A program made the position numbers and the translations under genes. Below the pieces are notes generated by a model. It worked only from the letters and a program-made list of their open reading frames with translations. It made no database searches and was not told the origin of the DNA. This document shows positions 7,207 to 17,361 of a stretch of 32,600 nt of DNA, piece by piece. Each line of letters opens with the position of its first letter. Within the stretch, counting starts at the first letter, position 1. The stretch covers positions 1 to 32,600 of IMG/VR virus record IMGVR_UViG_3300036783_000171. The stretch is one strand, 5' to 3'. Source of the stretch: a virus (lineage: Duplodnaviria > Caudoviricetes).

Positions 7207-10200
7207 CTACTTTGTCGATAGCTTCTTTTCAAGTGCCTTTATACGATTGATAAGCTGCGCAACAATCTTGTTGTCCGAAGCCGTAGTGTCCCCGGTAACA
7301 CCGATAGTGGGAACAACATTAATAGGTGGCGTCTGCGATGCGTCAGCCGTAAGCGTTACGCCGGAAACGATGTCCGTATATGGATCGCCATTGCGCACTA
7401 CAATAGTTACCGTATCGCCAAGGTTGTAATCGCGACCATAAATCAAGTATGGCGTGTCGGTTACGGTAGTGCTCATGTACGGACCACGACCGCCACTAAT
7501 CAGCGCATCCTGCGCGGCAGCCGTTAGGTTCTTGGTGTCTGTCTCGTTGCCATTATCAATAAATGACTCAACCATATTCCATTGTGTCTTGCCAGAGGCC
7601 GTTTGAGACACGAACGTCGTCGATCCCCGGACTAGGGCATCCGTAACGGTAGCATCGGCTAGGGAGAATGAGATAGATGTCAGGTTGCCGGTATCCTCCG
7701 AGAACAATGCGGTAGAAGACAGATCGCGCGGAGTATACACGTCAAATATAATTCTGGTTCCCCTCCGCTTCACGCTGACGCCCATTCGCGTACCGCTGTT
7801 CGATATTAGCAGCCTAATCACATCAAGCAGGTTAAGGTCAACTCCCGCGCCGAACTTGGCAGTATAGTTTACAGCTGGACCGCGCCCACCATCAGCAGCT
7901 ATGGACAATAGCGTATGCCGACGATTTGAAAGCGCTCCTGGTCCAACATTAACATTAACAAGCTGCTTAATGGTTGTCTCTAGTGGGAAGTTAATCATTG
8001 CCCAGCCATCACTTTGTAGCTGAGCATTCCACGCCTTAGCCGGAGCCGGGTACACTATCCGGTTCGCGATAACCGCGAGGTAATCCGCGCCAGACAGGGA
8101 TATGAACGGACCAGCATTAGACGCGCCCGGACTACCGCCACCACTATTCGCCCCTGGAACGGAATCCAGGTATGCTGGCGTCTCACACTTTCCCCCGAAC
8201 GTAAAGAGGCCGCGCCAGTTAATGCTTATGATGAACTCACCATTAAGCGGAGCCTTCATCAATTGATTCCATAGCGCGTCCGAATACTGCGCGATAACTG
8301 TCCATGATCCTACCGTGTTATAGTAAAGCTGGGCATTAACCGAAGAATAGTTGATCATCCCTTGACTTACGAGGTTATTGTCTAGCAGCTCAACCCACAC
8401 CATTTGATCAGGAATCGTCGGAGTAGGAGCGGCAGAATTAACCCAGGCAATATAATGCGATGCCACTTCACCTGGCAGCAGGCGGCGCGGATAGATGGCC
8501 ATGTGCGCAATGCTGCCAGCATAGTACGCCGGGCCAGTACCAGAACCAGCCATGAACGTATGCCCTATGCGCCAGTAGCTCGGCGTGCCCCACGTGCTCT
8601 GGCAAGCTATGGTACTCCGCACTACACCATCACGATACAAGGACAAAGTTGAAAATCCATCGAACGTTATTGCAGCATGATGCCACTTACCACCATTAGT
8701 AGTAGTGGTATCGACGACAATGACTGATCCGCCAGTAGGTCCGTTATTCCGGCACTGTAGGGTCGTGTTGTTCTGCATGTTGACGGACTGGATATAATTC
8801 GTCGTAGAGATCCCGGAACCAGGACCCGTGCCAGCGTTGTTCTCGATGATTCCGCCGAACGAGGCAGTATTCTTGTAGAAGAATTCAATTGACCAGGAAG
8901 CACCTGTACCCGTAAGGCTCCATGCCGTAGGGTCAATTATCTCACCCGAGGAACCATCGAACGTAGCTGCCCTTGGCTGTCCCCATGGATCAGAAGTCCC
9001 GAACGTTACTCCGCCAAATACCGCGCCAGTCGAGCTAGCAGCCATCTCACGAGCGTTCTGCGATCCGGCAACATCATCTAGTGGCCAGTACCTATTCGGG
9101 CCGGACGACATAACCTGGTTCTGATACGCTAGTGACTTCGTAGCTATGGGCGGGATAGGAATTGCCGGATTTATCCAGTAGCTGTAATGAGTAGCTACCT
9201 CGTCAGATGTAATGCACCTGCTGTAGATCGCTACGTGCGCAATGCTACCGGTATACCAGCCGCCATTCCCGAACCCGGTACTCGTCCGGAATGTATGGCC
9301 AATCCTCCAGTAGTACTGATTCGGAGGCGTGGGAGGTGGCTGTGGTGCATAGGTGTTCGTGTTCGGCGCGGTACCCTGTAGAACACCATCCCGGTACAAA
9401 GACAATGTCGAAGAACCGTCGAACGTTACGGCACCGTGATGCCAATTCCCATCATTAGTCGGAGCAGAGTCGTTAACGTTAACAGCACCGTCAGCAGTAG
9501 AGTAGTCATGACCTTGGAATGTAGTACTCGCACTCATGTACGAGCCACCAATATAATTACCTGTCACGCCAGTATTGGCCGAGCTATATATTCGCCAGCC
9601 TACCGTCGCATACAAATTGGATGCTCCGCCGGTACTGGACGTCGGCTGCGTAAACCCTGCCGGAACCGCCTCTACCTGCCCGACATTCCCCGATAGCCAT
9701 ATCGCCACACGCGGACCAGAGCCAATGGCAACATTATTCACCGCAGCCGTCGCACTGCTGCCATTAGCAGCGCCGGTAAGTGGAGATGGCGCCTGCGACA
9801 TCCCTTGCATCCGAAATACCTGAGTCCAGCCAGTCGAGGCATTCCCGTTCGTCATGGTTATCGTATCACCAACGGCAAACGTCACCGGATTGTTCGACAT
9901 CTGAATCGATACGCGCTGCGTCGATCCGGTCGCGAACCAGTGAACCTGCTTGTACGTATTGCCATGGTTATCCGTCATCGCGAGCGAGCCGGTCGGCCCG
10001 GTCGCGGTATACAACACGAAGACATACTCATTAGCCACGGCCTGCGCCATAGTGGTGACCCATGATGTCACAGCCGAGAACGTCGCGTACGTCCCGGTAT
10101 AGACCATATGGACATCGTTGCCATAGTTGAACGGTACTACGGCAACCTGCGCGCCCCACACAGTAGAGGCGGCATACGAGTTGGTGAATGATGCCGTTGC

Positions 10201-10545
10201 CGGATTGGCTGAACCGGCCGCAGATCCAAGGTTGTGCTCAAGCATCCCGCCAATCGCAGCAGTATTCTTGTAGAAGAACTCCATCGACCATGGCTGGGTA
10301 ACGGCAGTGATCGCCCAGCTAGCCGAGTCAACAATTTCCCCGGAGACCCCATCGAACGTTGCCGCGCCAGGATTTCCCCACGGGTCGGTATCCCTAAGCG
10401 TAACGCCGCCATAGATGTTGCCATATGAGTTGGACACCATCTCATTAACGGTGCCTGCTCCCTGGCCATCATCTAGCGGCCAGTAACGATCGGGACCAGA
10501 ATCAAGAATGCCCGACTTGTACACATCGGATGAAACTCCTGTCAT
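7207..10545 (-). CDS. Tail protein: two LamG/concanavalin-like domains fused N-terminally to a siphovirus Gp37-like baseplate hub domain
   Basis: Two copies of RYWPLDD…ATFDG…WS.EFFYK…WHH.A.TFDG…LYRDGV…GSIAH.AIY; C-terminal YN.VGSW…YGRDYNLGDTV. Directly follows Dit by ATGA overlap. Confidence 0.85.
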   Translation of the reverse strand: MTGVSSDVYKSGILDSGPDRYWPLDDGQGAGTVNEMVSNSYGNIYGGVTLRDTDPWGNPGAATFDGVSGEIVDSASWAITAVTQPWSMEFFYKNTAAIGGMLEHNLGSAAGSANPATASFTNSYAASTVWGAQVAVVPFNYGNDVHMVYTGTYATFSAVTSWVTTMAQAVANEYVFVLYTATGPTGSLAMTDNHGNTYKQVHWFATGSTQRVSIQMSNNPVTFAVGDTITMTNGNASTGWTQVFRMQGMSQAPSPLTGAANGSSATAAVNNVAIGSGPRVAIWLSGNVGQVEAVPAGFTQPTSSTGGASNLYATVGWRIYSSANTGVTGNYIGGSYMSASTTFQGHDYSTADGAVNVNDSAPTNDGNWHHGAVTFDGSSTLSLYRDGVLQGTAPNTNTYAPQPPPTPPNQYYWRIGHTFRTSTGFGNGGWYTGSIAHVAIYSRCITSDEVATHYSYWINPAIPIPPIATKSLAYQNQVMSSGPNRYWPLDDVAGSQNAREMAASSTGAVFGGVTFGTSDPWGQPRAATFDGSSGEIIDPTAWSLTGTGASWSIEFFYKNTASFGGIIENNAGTGPGSGISTTNYIQSVNMQNNTTLQCRNNGPTGGSVIVVDTTTTNGGKWHHAAITFDGFSTLSLYRDGVVRSTIACQSTWGTPSYWRIGHTFMAGSGTGPAYYAGSIAHMAIYPRRLLPGEVASHYIAWVNSAAPTPTIPDQMVWVELLDNNLVSQGMINYSSVNAQLYYNTVGSWTVIAQYSDALWNQLMKAPLNGEFIISINWRGLFTFGGKCETPAYLDSVPGANSGGGSPGASNAGPFISLSGADYLAVIANRIVYPAPAKAWNAQLQSDGWAMINFPLETTIKQLVNVNVGPGALSNRRHTLLSIAADGGRGPAVNYTAKFGAGVDLNLLDVIRLLISNSGTRMGVSVKRRGTRIIFDVYTPRDLSSTALFSEDTGNLTSISFSLADATVTDALVRGSTTFVSQTASGKTQWNMVESFIDNGNETDTKNLTAAAQDALISGGRGPYMSTTVTDTPYLIYGRDYNLGDTVTIVVRNGDPYTDIVSGVTLTADASQTPPINVVPTIGVTGDTTASDNKIVAQLINRIKALEKKLSTK

Positions 10546-11450
10546 GCCCGCCCCCACCTATTAGACCAGCTACAAATAATGCTCGATGCCGGTGTAGCAT
10601 TCGCCATAGTAATCGTTACATTATTGGGACCTCCCAGTAGTGGCCACAGGTCGCGCGGACTGCCGATAACTAGCTGACTCCACATATTGGCACCAGTCGT
10701 CTTGTTGACAACAGACTGAAATCCGCGCTTCGTCGTTACCTGAACCTGTTGCCCGGCCGGAACCGAACTCTTCAATGACCATGTTCGCTGCGGAGAAGCA
10801 GACTTGTTCGTTATCGTCGGAGTTCCAGGACCGGTAATTAGCCAGGTCGGAAACGTCATCGACGTGCCAAGGTTATTGATTACGGTATCGCCGATAACTG
10901 CTGGTCCATTAAACGCGACCGGCAGCAACGGCAGGATACCGGCATTGGCGGTTGATATCTGATAGGTAAGACTACTCGCATTGACATCGGTCCAGTACGG
11001 GTCCGGAGTCGCGAGCGCAAACGTATACAGCGCCATGTTGTTCGCGCCGACAGTAGGAGTATCAAAACCTGAAGTTGTATACGTCGAAATCTGCCGCTGC
11101 CCGCCATTCGGCCGCGTAATTATAAGCGTTCCCGCTTTCGGAAGCTCATTACGCCGCGTAAGGAATGCCCTGATCAGGTTATCAAGAGTAGAGTAGTAAT
11201 CATTCTCCGAGTCGCTAGCCGGACGTGAAACAAGAATAGCAATGCCAATAGTGCCCGGCTGCGGAATATAGATGTTGGCAGCAGCGGTGCCATCCAGGAA
11301 CGGGATCACCTGGAACATTACCGGGAAACCCTCGATGCCGGAGATCGCCGAACAGACATACCCCCGCGACATCGTTAGATCAGACAGGTTCCAGGGATTG
11401 CCATCAGGATCAATATACGTGATGCCCAATGGTGTAGGTGGCGTAGACAT
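10542..11450 (-). CDS. Distal tail protein (Dit-like)
   Basis: First gene after the tape measure; ATPDPYW, N.G….P…ITGP, LWPL..G.N motifs. Confidence 0.85.
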   Translation of the reverse strand: MSTPPTPLGITYIDPDGNPWNLSDLTMSRGYVCSAISGIEGFPVMFQVIPFLDGTAAANIYIPQPGTIGIAILVSRPASDSENDYYSTLDNLIRAFLTRRNELPKAGTLIITRPNGGQRQISTYTTSGFDTPTVGANNMALYTFALATPDPYWTDVNASSLTYQISTANAGILPLLPVAFNGPAVIGDTVINNLGTSMTFPTWLITGPGTPTITNKSASPQRTWSLKSSVPAGQQVQVTTKRGFQSVVNKTTGANMWSQLVIGSPRDLWPLLGGPNNVTITMANATPASSIICSWSNRWGRA

Positions 11451-14400
11451 CAGGACCGCCTCCCCTGCCTATACATATTGCCCTGCTGTAGCGTCATCAG
11501 GTGGAACGCAGTCCGGACATGCGATTCAATCGCCGCGCCGGTAAGCCCATCGAAGTGCGCCTCATAAACGTTCCCGTTATGCACGTTACCCTTGCCATAT
11601 GCCTCGTACTCAGCCGGAGATAGCACCCGCTCCGGCTTCCCAGTCATATTGTATGCCAGGGTTACGCCGGTCGGCAGGAATCCTCCAGTATCGTAACCCT
11701 TGCCGGAACCAATGCCACCACGGTTATTCCGGAGGTTCCGGCCGTACACATGCATCGCGTAGTTAATAGCTGCCGCGATGTTAGCTAGTGGATCATAGAT
11801 ATTGAACGCGGTACCGGGAACGTGGTACCTAGCGAACGTGGAGCCGGTCGTCTGCATAAGCCCGCGCGACGGGTCACCACGCTTGGCGTTTATGTCCCAG
11901 TTGTTGATAGCGTTCGGGTCTCCACCCGACTCCGTTTCCATCTGATACAGTACCGGGGCAACTAGCTGCTGCGGCAATCCCAGCATAGTCAGCGCTTTTG
12001 ACACTAGGCCAGACCATCTCGTAACGCCACTTCCGGAACTGGACACCTTGTTCCACAAGCCGATAAGCTGCGCTATTCCTGGTGCCCCTCCCGTAACTCC
12101 CAGCGCACCGCCGAGTGCTTGTAGGGCCTTTTTCGGGAGGCTGCTAATGCTAACAAGGCCCTTTGAGACGAACTTGAGGATTGCCTCGGGCCAGCCGCCG
12201 AATACGTCGGCCACGAACCGGCCAATATGCTTTCCCTCTTTAATCATTCCCGTGATAACGCCGGTAATGATCGACCGGCCGATAGGGATCATCTTCTTTG
12301 CCGGAGACGTAGCCCCGAACCAGGCGATGACCGCATTGACTAGCGGATGATAGATATGCGTGCCAATCCAGTCGTGGATGCTATTAAAGATATCGAGCAT
12401 GCCATTAAGCAGGCCCTGAATGATACTTTGGCCTATCGAGAACATGCTAGTGTTGTTAGTATTCTCGTTCTTGCCGCCGCCACCAGTACCTATCGACCCG
12501 AGACCGAACGCACCGAGGATAGCATTAATGATCGGCTTGAAGATATGATTATCGACCCATGTACCGACAGCAAGCAGGGCATTGACTATTCCGCTAAAAA
12601 TGCCATCAATGATAGATTGACCAATTGGCTGTGTCTTCTTTGCCGGAGAGGCGATGCCGAATGAATTGGTAAGAGCACTGATAAATGGCTTGAGAATGTG
12701 ATCATTAATCCAGGTGCCAATAGTGTCTAGTACCATAAGGATACCATGATATATCCCAAGAACAATATTTTGACCAATACTTACCAAATCATTGAATAGG
12801 GTTACATTAGCTTGCCAGAATGAAACGACGCCATGAGCTATATTGCGGCTCATGTCTATCCCGAGGGACGCTAGCTCATTGGCATGCGCAGCTATGCCAT
12901 GCCTGAGACCACCAAGGAAATTACCTATTGATTGGTCAGAAATTGCCTTCATCCAGCTGGGAGGATTTGCAATAGAGAAAGCTCCCTTTATCAAATTGCC
13001 AATTTGAGCCTGCCATCCTCCCTGCGGAGTCCCTGGCACAGCAGGCAAGAGTGGATTGCCTCCTGGTAGTTTCGGCAGAGTTACCCCACCTCCTGGGAGT
13101 TTGGGTCCAGGTTCCTGTGGTGTACCACCAGCACCGGAAACCAGTGCGGCAAGTGGAAGTATAGCTTGTACTATATCGCCGATATGCCGGGCAATAGCAC
13201 CAAGAGCCTTACCGGCTGCACCATTATCCCACTGTTCGATATTCGTAGCAACATTAGCCAGCTTTGTCGCGGCACTAATTAGGAAGTTAACAATGTTGAC
13301 GATATACTGGAACACATTAGCCATTGCCTGCGGGTTCTTGCCAATAGCAGTAGCCAAATCCGTAATCGAGTTAGCTATCAAATTCATGTCAGGCGCGATC
13401 TGCGGCGTTACAGCAGTAAGAATCGCCGCAAAGGCACCGGCAACAGCAAGTATCGACTTCGCAACGGCAGGCTGACCGAATGACTTAACAATAGCCGTAA
13501 CGAATGGAGTGAATGCTTTCGCTATGATGATGCCAGCCTGTGTCATGGCTATCATAAACGGGCTGCCGGGGGAAAGAAGCTTCCCAATAGTGGCAAAGAT
13601 CTTACCCAGACTCCCGATAAACGGAGTCCCGATAATGGTCATAAATGTTTTGATCTGCTTACCAAGATCCTTTAGCCACCCAGTAAGCTTTCCGCTCATA
13701 ACCGCGCCAGCAATGCCCATTCCGGCCAGACCCGCGCCGAGCACGCCGACGATAGCGCCACCAACAATCTGCCCGATAAACGGGGCAGCCGCCGTAATGA
13801 GCGGTATTAGTACTGCGGGCTGCATAAACCCGCCAGCCATCAATGATGATAGGCCACCGCCACCGCCTCCGCTAGAGGCTGCCGCTGCCGCTGCGGAAGC
13901 GCCACCGCCACCACCACCCGCGCCGCCTCCGAAAAATCCCTTAATCCCTCCGAAGAACGACATAATATTGCCAAGAATTGTACCGCCAGCTCCGGCAGCT
14001 CCGGCTCCAGTTCCAATCAAAGTCTCAGCGCCGCTTAGAGTTGGACCCTTACGTCCTGAAACTCCACCGCCAAGAGCACCAAGCTCTAGCTTCGTCGCAT
14101 CGCGCATAATCTGGAGCTTTGTCAAAGCACTCTTGATATTGAAGTCTACCTTGATGTCTTTGGACATCCTAGCCAGGGCCTTGACATCAGTCTCAAGAAG
14201 AGTTATGCTCTCTACGGCTTTCCTTGGGTCGATAACATCCTGCCGATGCAGCTCCTCAATCTTGGCACGCAGCTCCGCTACCTTGCGATCAGCTTCCGTC
14301 GAGTCAGCATTGAGCTCAACCTTAGGAATCGAATCGAGAACTTCCTTCAGCTTTGCCTTGTAGCTCTTGCCGAAGTTAGCAGCCGCGTCATCCCCTTCCT

Positions 14401-14560
14401 TCGGCATCTCATCAGCTATATGCTTACCAAGTTCCTTGCCAGCCTCGTCGCCGACCTTCTTTGATGGCTCGACAATCTGATCCCTGAGCTTTTGCTCCCA
14501 CCCGCGCGCATCCGGGACGACGCCGACCGCTACCGATCCGACAAAGATCTCTCCTGCCAT
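11450..14560 (-). CDS. Tape measure protein with C-terminal lytic transglycosylase (SLT) domain
   Basis: 1036 aa, Ala/Gly/Ile-rich with repeated FG..SPAKK units; ESGGDPNAIN.WD.NA..G.PS.GLMQ…DPLANI.AAINY; GYDTGG…GKPERVL. Confidence 0.95.
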   Translation of the reverse strand: MAGEIFVGSVAVGVVPDARGWEQKLRDQIVEPSKKVGDEAGKELGKHIADEMPKEGDDAAANFGKSYKAKLKEVLDSIPKVELNADSTEADRKVAELRAKIEELHRQDVIDPRKAVESITLLETDVKALARMSKDIKVDFNIKSALTKLQIMRDATKLELGALGGGVSGRKGPTLSGAETLIGTGAGAAGAGGTILGNIMSFFGGIKGFFGGGAGGGGGGASAAAAAASSGGGGGGLSSLMAGGFMQPAVLIPLITAAAPFIGQIVGGAIVGVLGAGLAGMGIAGAVMSGKLTGWLKDLGKQIKTFMTIIGTPFIGSLGKIFATIGKLLSPGSPFMIAMTQAGIIIAKAFTPFVTAIVKSFGQPAVAKSILAVAGAFAAILTAVTPQIAPDMNLIANSITDLATAIGKNPQAMANVFQYIVNIVNFLISAATKLANVATNIEQWDNGAAGKALGAIARHIGDIVQAILPLAALVSGAGGTPQEPGPKLPGGGVTLPKLPGGNPLLPAVPGTPQGGWQAQIGNLIKGAFSIANPPSWMKAISDQSIGNFLGGLRHGIAAHANELASLGIDMSRNIAHGVVSFWQANVTLFNDLVSIGQNIVLGIYHGILMVLDTIGTWINDHILKPFISALTNSFGIASPAKKTQPIGQSIIDGIFSGIVNALLAVGTWVDNHIFKPIINAILGAFGLGSIGTGGGGKNENTNNTSMFSIGQSIIQGLLNGMLDIFNSIHDWIGTHIYHPLVNAVIAWFGATSPAKKMIPIGRSIITGVITGMIKEGKHIGRFVADVFGGWPEAILKFVSKGLVSISSLPKKALQALGGALGVTGGAPGIAQLIGLWNKVSSSGSGVTRWSGLVSKALTMLGLPQQLVAPVLYQMETESGGDPNAINNWDINAKRGDPSRGLMQTTGSTFARYHVPGTAFNIYDPLANIAAAINYAMHVYGRNLRNNRGGIGSGKGYDTGGFLPTGVTLAYNMTGKPERVLSPAEYEAYGKGNVHNGNVYEAHFDGLTGAAIESHVRTAFHLMTLQQGNMYRQGRRS

Positions 14561-15365
14561 CAGATTCGCCCCGCCATCCGCTCGCGCACTTCATCATCAT
14601 CAAGACCGCGCAGGCGCGGGTCTAGCAGCCTGGCGTTCTCGATAGACATTACCTTACCGCGCTTTGTATTCATTCCGGGTCGGCGAACTAGCTCTGGCTG
14701 CGGAATATGCGCATTGTCGGAATGCGACATCGCGTACATCCAAGATAGCTGCCGCACTTCATCGATGAGCGCGGCAACTAGCAGCTCAAGCGGACTCCAC
14801 GGTGCCTGTGCGGAATCGCCAGCCGCCACAGCAAGCGTCTCGGCCGGAGTCGCATTCCGTATCGCAGTATTCAATGCACTCTCCGCTGGTAGGTGGTCCA
14901 CCAGTACGAGTAGCTTCCGCCAGGAAAGGCCATCACCTAGGCTGGACAGGGCTACACCGTAGTAGCGCTGTAGGTCTGCCTCTACCTCCTCCGGGAATGA
15001 TTCTGTGACCCAGAGCGCCTTCTGGATTTTCCCGTATTCAGCCTCGACTGCCTACCGCACTCGTTGAAGACTGCTTCTACCTGGTAATTGAGCAGGTCGG
15101 CATCGACCCACACTTGGAATTCCCCGTTGTCGTCGATGACTTCCCGCGCCCATGTATCCCAGTCGCCGGAAGCCGCTGCCCGCATCGCGGTAGCCGACCA
15201 CGACTTGGCATGCGCCACATGCACGATCTTGCCATCAAGGCGCACTGTTGTAGGCTCACCGACGTTCTCCTTCCGCAGGATGTCGTCGAGCTGGTCAAGG
15301 TCAAGATCGACCTGGACGTCGTCTTGGGCATCCTCGACAGGAATCCACTCGCCGTCGGTGGTCAT
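14560..15365 (-). CDS. Tail assembly chaperone, long form made by -1 frameshift
   Basis: The -1 frame after GGGAAAA reads KIQKALWVTESFPEEVEADLQRYYGV…LSWRKLLVLVDHLPAESA and stays open to the TGA overlapping the tape measure ATG. Confidence 0.88.
14982..15365 (-). CDS. Tail assembly chaperone, short form
   Basis: Lies between the major tail and tape measure genes; ends …NTGKSRRRSGSQNHSRRR. Confidence 0.88.
   Translation of the reverse strand: MTTDGEWIPVEDAQDDVQVDLDLDQLDDILRKENVGEPTTVRLDGKIVHVAHAKSWSATAMRAAASGDWDTWAREVIDDNGEFQVWVDADLLNYQVEAVFNECGRQSRLNTGKSRRRSGSQNHSRRR
15027..15033 (-). other. Programmed -1 ribosomal frameshift site G GGA AAA
   Basis: X XXY YYZ heptamer in the correct phase (ACG GGA AAA) at the canonical position. 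Confidence 0.88.
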
Positions 15366-16285
15366 GCGAAGTACCCCGACATGTCCTTGCCGTAGCCGAT
15401 GTAACGCTGGGCAACGGCGTTGGTGACAGTCGTGCCGCCGGTTACGATGTTGCCCGGGTAGAACGTGAAGGTGAGGTCGGTCATGGTGATGTCGCCCTGC
15501 TGCACCTGGTTGTTGCCGCGAGCGGTCACCTTGGCGAACGGAGCGTACAGACGCTGCCGCTTGACACCGTCGATCGAGTCGAGGATCAGGGAATACCTGT
15601 TGTCGGCCGGAGGGTCCGGGATGACGTAGACAGCCATGAAGCTGCCGATCGTCAGTGACACGCTCGGCGCGGTCGCCGTCGCCGGTACGTTCATCACGAA
15701 GCTGGTGTTCGCCGTCACGGACACGATTGTGGCGCCGGACGGGATACCTGGGCCGGACACGCCCTTGCCAACGTCCGTCGACAGGACAGCCGCGTCAGTG
15801 ACGAGCGTCTGGCCGGTCGTAGTGGCACAGGCCGAGTCAGTACGGCCAGCTACCGGCTTGAGCGGCGACGATGACCCAGGGAAGATGGACACGTCGTCGT
15901 ACAGCGCCTGGACATTCGGGTTGAACGCTTCCAGGAACACGACCTGCGCCGTCTTGACGCCGCCAGTGAGGATCGACCGGATCGGGGTAAGGACTCCAGC
16001 CGCTGGGATATCCTTGATCGTCTCGTCGAGCTTGAAGATGTACCCGGTCACGTCGGTCCAGCCGCAGCACTTGTAGCTAGCACCGGTAATGGTCGTCGGG
16101 TCCTCAAACCCGGCCGGAGCCGCGAGGTTCGGTGGGCCGACCCACACGACGACATCGCCCGCCGCGTAGAGAAGCGTGTTGTCCTTGTATGGCCCAGTAC
16201 CAGGAGCCGGTAGGCCAGTGAGCAGAGTTGGGCCGCCTGTTGTAACGTCTCGTTCGTCTACCGCTGCTTGCTTAGCAGGTGACAT
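15362..16285 (-). CDS. Major tail (tube) protein with an inserted beta domain
   Basis: Position; G+ motif CGWTDVTG, FLE.FNP.V.ALY, and YSLILDSIDG…R.Y.P…VT.RG. Confidence 0.88.
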   Translation of the reverse strand: MSPAKQAAVDERDVTTGGPTLLTGLPAPGTGPYKDNTLLYAAGDVVVWVGPPNLAAPAGFEDPTTITGASYKCCGWTDVTGYIFKLDETIKDIPAAGVLTPIRSILTGGVKTAQVVFLEAFNPNVQALYDDVSIFPGSSSPLKPVAGRTDSACATTTGQTLVTDAAVLSTDVGKGVSGPGIPSGATIVSVTANTSFVMNVPATATAPSVSLTIGSFMAVYVIPDPPADNRYSLILDSIDGVKRQRLYAPFAKVTARGNNQVQQGDITMTDLTFTFYPGNIVTGGTTVTNAVAQRYIGYGKDMSGYFA

Positions 16286-16296
16286 TTGATTTCCTC

Positions 16297-16686
16297 CTAA
16301 GGATGGACTGACATTTCGTACGATGCCGAGTAACGGACTAGATTTGGATTAACCTCCGGTAGCTGTCGCGGACTCATGATCGTGCTGACGTGCTGTATAA
16401 CTCCGTTCGATACGATGGCGCTCATCAGAGACATCATCTGTGACTGAATACCTCTCGCAGCAGCAGAGACGTTATCGACCTGGTCCTTAGGACCAAACAC
16501 ATCAATATCAATTGTAGAGCGATCAAGACCAACGTGAGCAACCGCGCCACCAGTACGCCGGATGCGCGCAGTTATCTTGGCTGGGTCGCCGTACGGCAGG
16601 ATTGTAACAAAACGGACGTTAGGGTTCTGCGGCACGAGTGCAGATATCAGCATGATTTCCGGATCGGGGAAGACTGGGTACGTCAT
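16297..16686 (-). CDS. Tail terminator protein
   Basis: FPDPE, RRTGG, IDIDVFG, RYSASY; directly precedes the major tail gene. Confidence 0.8.
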   Translation of the reverse strand: MTYPVFPDPEIMLISALVPQNPNVRFVTILPYGDPAKITARIRRTGGAVAHVGLDRSTIDIDVFGPKDQVDNVSAAARGIQSQMMSLMSAIVSNGVIQHVSTIMSPRQLPEVNPNLVRYSASYEMSVHP

Positions 16687-17006
16687 CTCTTGATCGCCCT
16701 CCCCCAGCCAAATGCCGCATCGCGAAGAGTACTGAACGGTTCCTTTCCACTGTGCCCATACTCCACAAACACAGCGTCTGGAGAGTCGTTATACACAATA
16801 GCCTCGGCGCGGTCATTCGTTGCGCCGCCATGCAAGTGCGAGCGGACATGGAAGCTTCTAATGTACCGGCCGGTATCAATTGGAGCTCTAGCCTCTGCCT
16901 TGGCCTTGATCTCCATTCCACGATCTTCCATCCGGTTGCGCATCCAGTCAGAGTTGAGCATCTTGCCAAATCCTTCATGATCAGCAGTGTACGTCGCAGT
17001 AGTCAT
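16683..17006 (-). CDS. HK97 gp10-like neck/tail completion protein
   Basis: APIDTGRY..S and A.FVEYG motifs. Confidence 0.85.
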   Translation of the reverse strand: MTTATYTADHEGFGKMLNSDWMRNRMEDRGMEIKAKAEARAPIDTGRYIRSFHVRSHLHGGATNDRAEAIVYNDSPDAVFVEYGHSGKEPFSTLRDAAFGWGRAIKR

Positions 17007-17353
17007 GACGACCCTCCCGTAATCAGCGTTACGGCAATACGCATTGGGGATACCCGCCCGGAAAACGGAGACTGCCAGGAACTTGGTGCACCAGTAACCT
17101 CGTATCGATCTCCTTTGTACTCAATAAGATCCAAAGCCGTCACGTCGGTACCGTACGGCATAAAAATTGTATCAGTCGTAGCTACCTGATCAGCGAAGAC
17201 AAGGTTCTCGGTACTTCCTGACGGCTGGAACACACACTGAACAACCTTTGTCGAAGCTTCCGAGTAGACATCATTCCCGTAATCATCGACACCGGATACC
17301 GTACGCTTGATAAGTGTCATCGTATCCGGGTACGGGAAGAACGGATAGCCCAT
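17003..17353 (-). CDS. Head-to-tail stopper
   Basis: DDYGN, FQP..S.E, D.IEY.G..YEV.G.P..W..PF. Confidence 0.85.
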   Translation of the reverse strand: MGYPFFPYPDTMTLIKRTVSGVDDYGNDVYSEASTKVVQCVFQPSGSTENLVFADQVATTDTIFMPYGTDVTALDLIEYKGDRYEVTGAPSSWQSPFSGRVSPMRIAVTLITGGSS

Positions 17354-17361
17354 GACACCTC

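Noticed and set aside
8864-10278. Diversity-generating retroelement template/variable repeat pair
   Set aside because: Both copies are coding LamG domains, differences are not adenine-specific, and no reverse transcriptase is present in the window.
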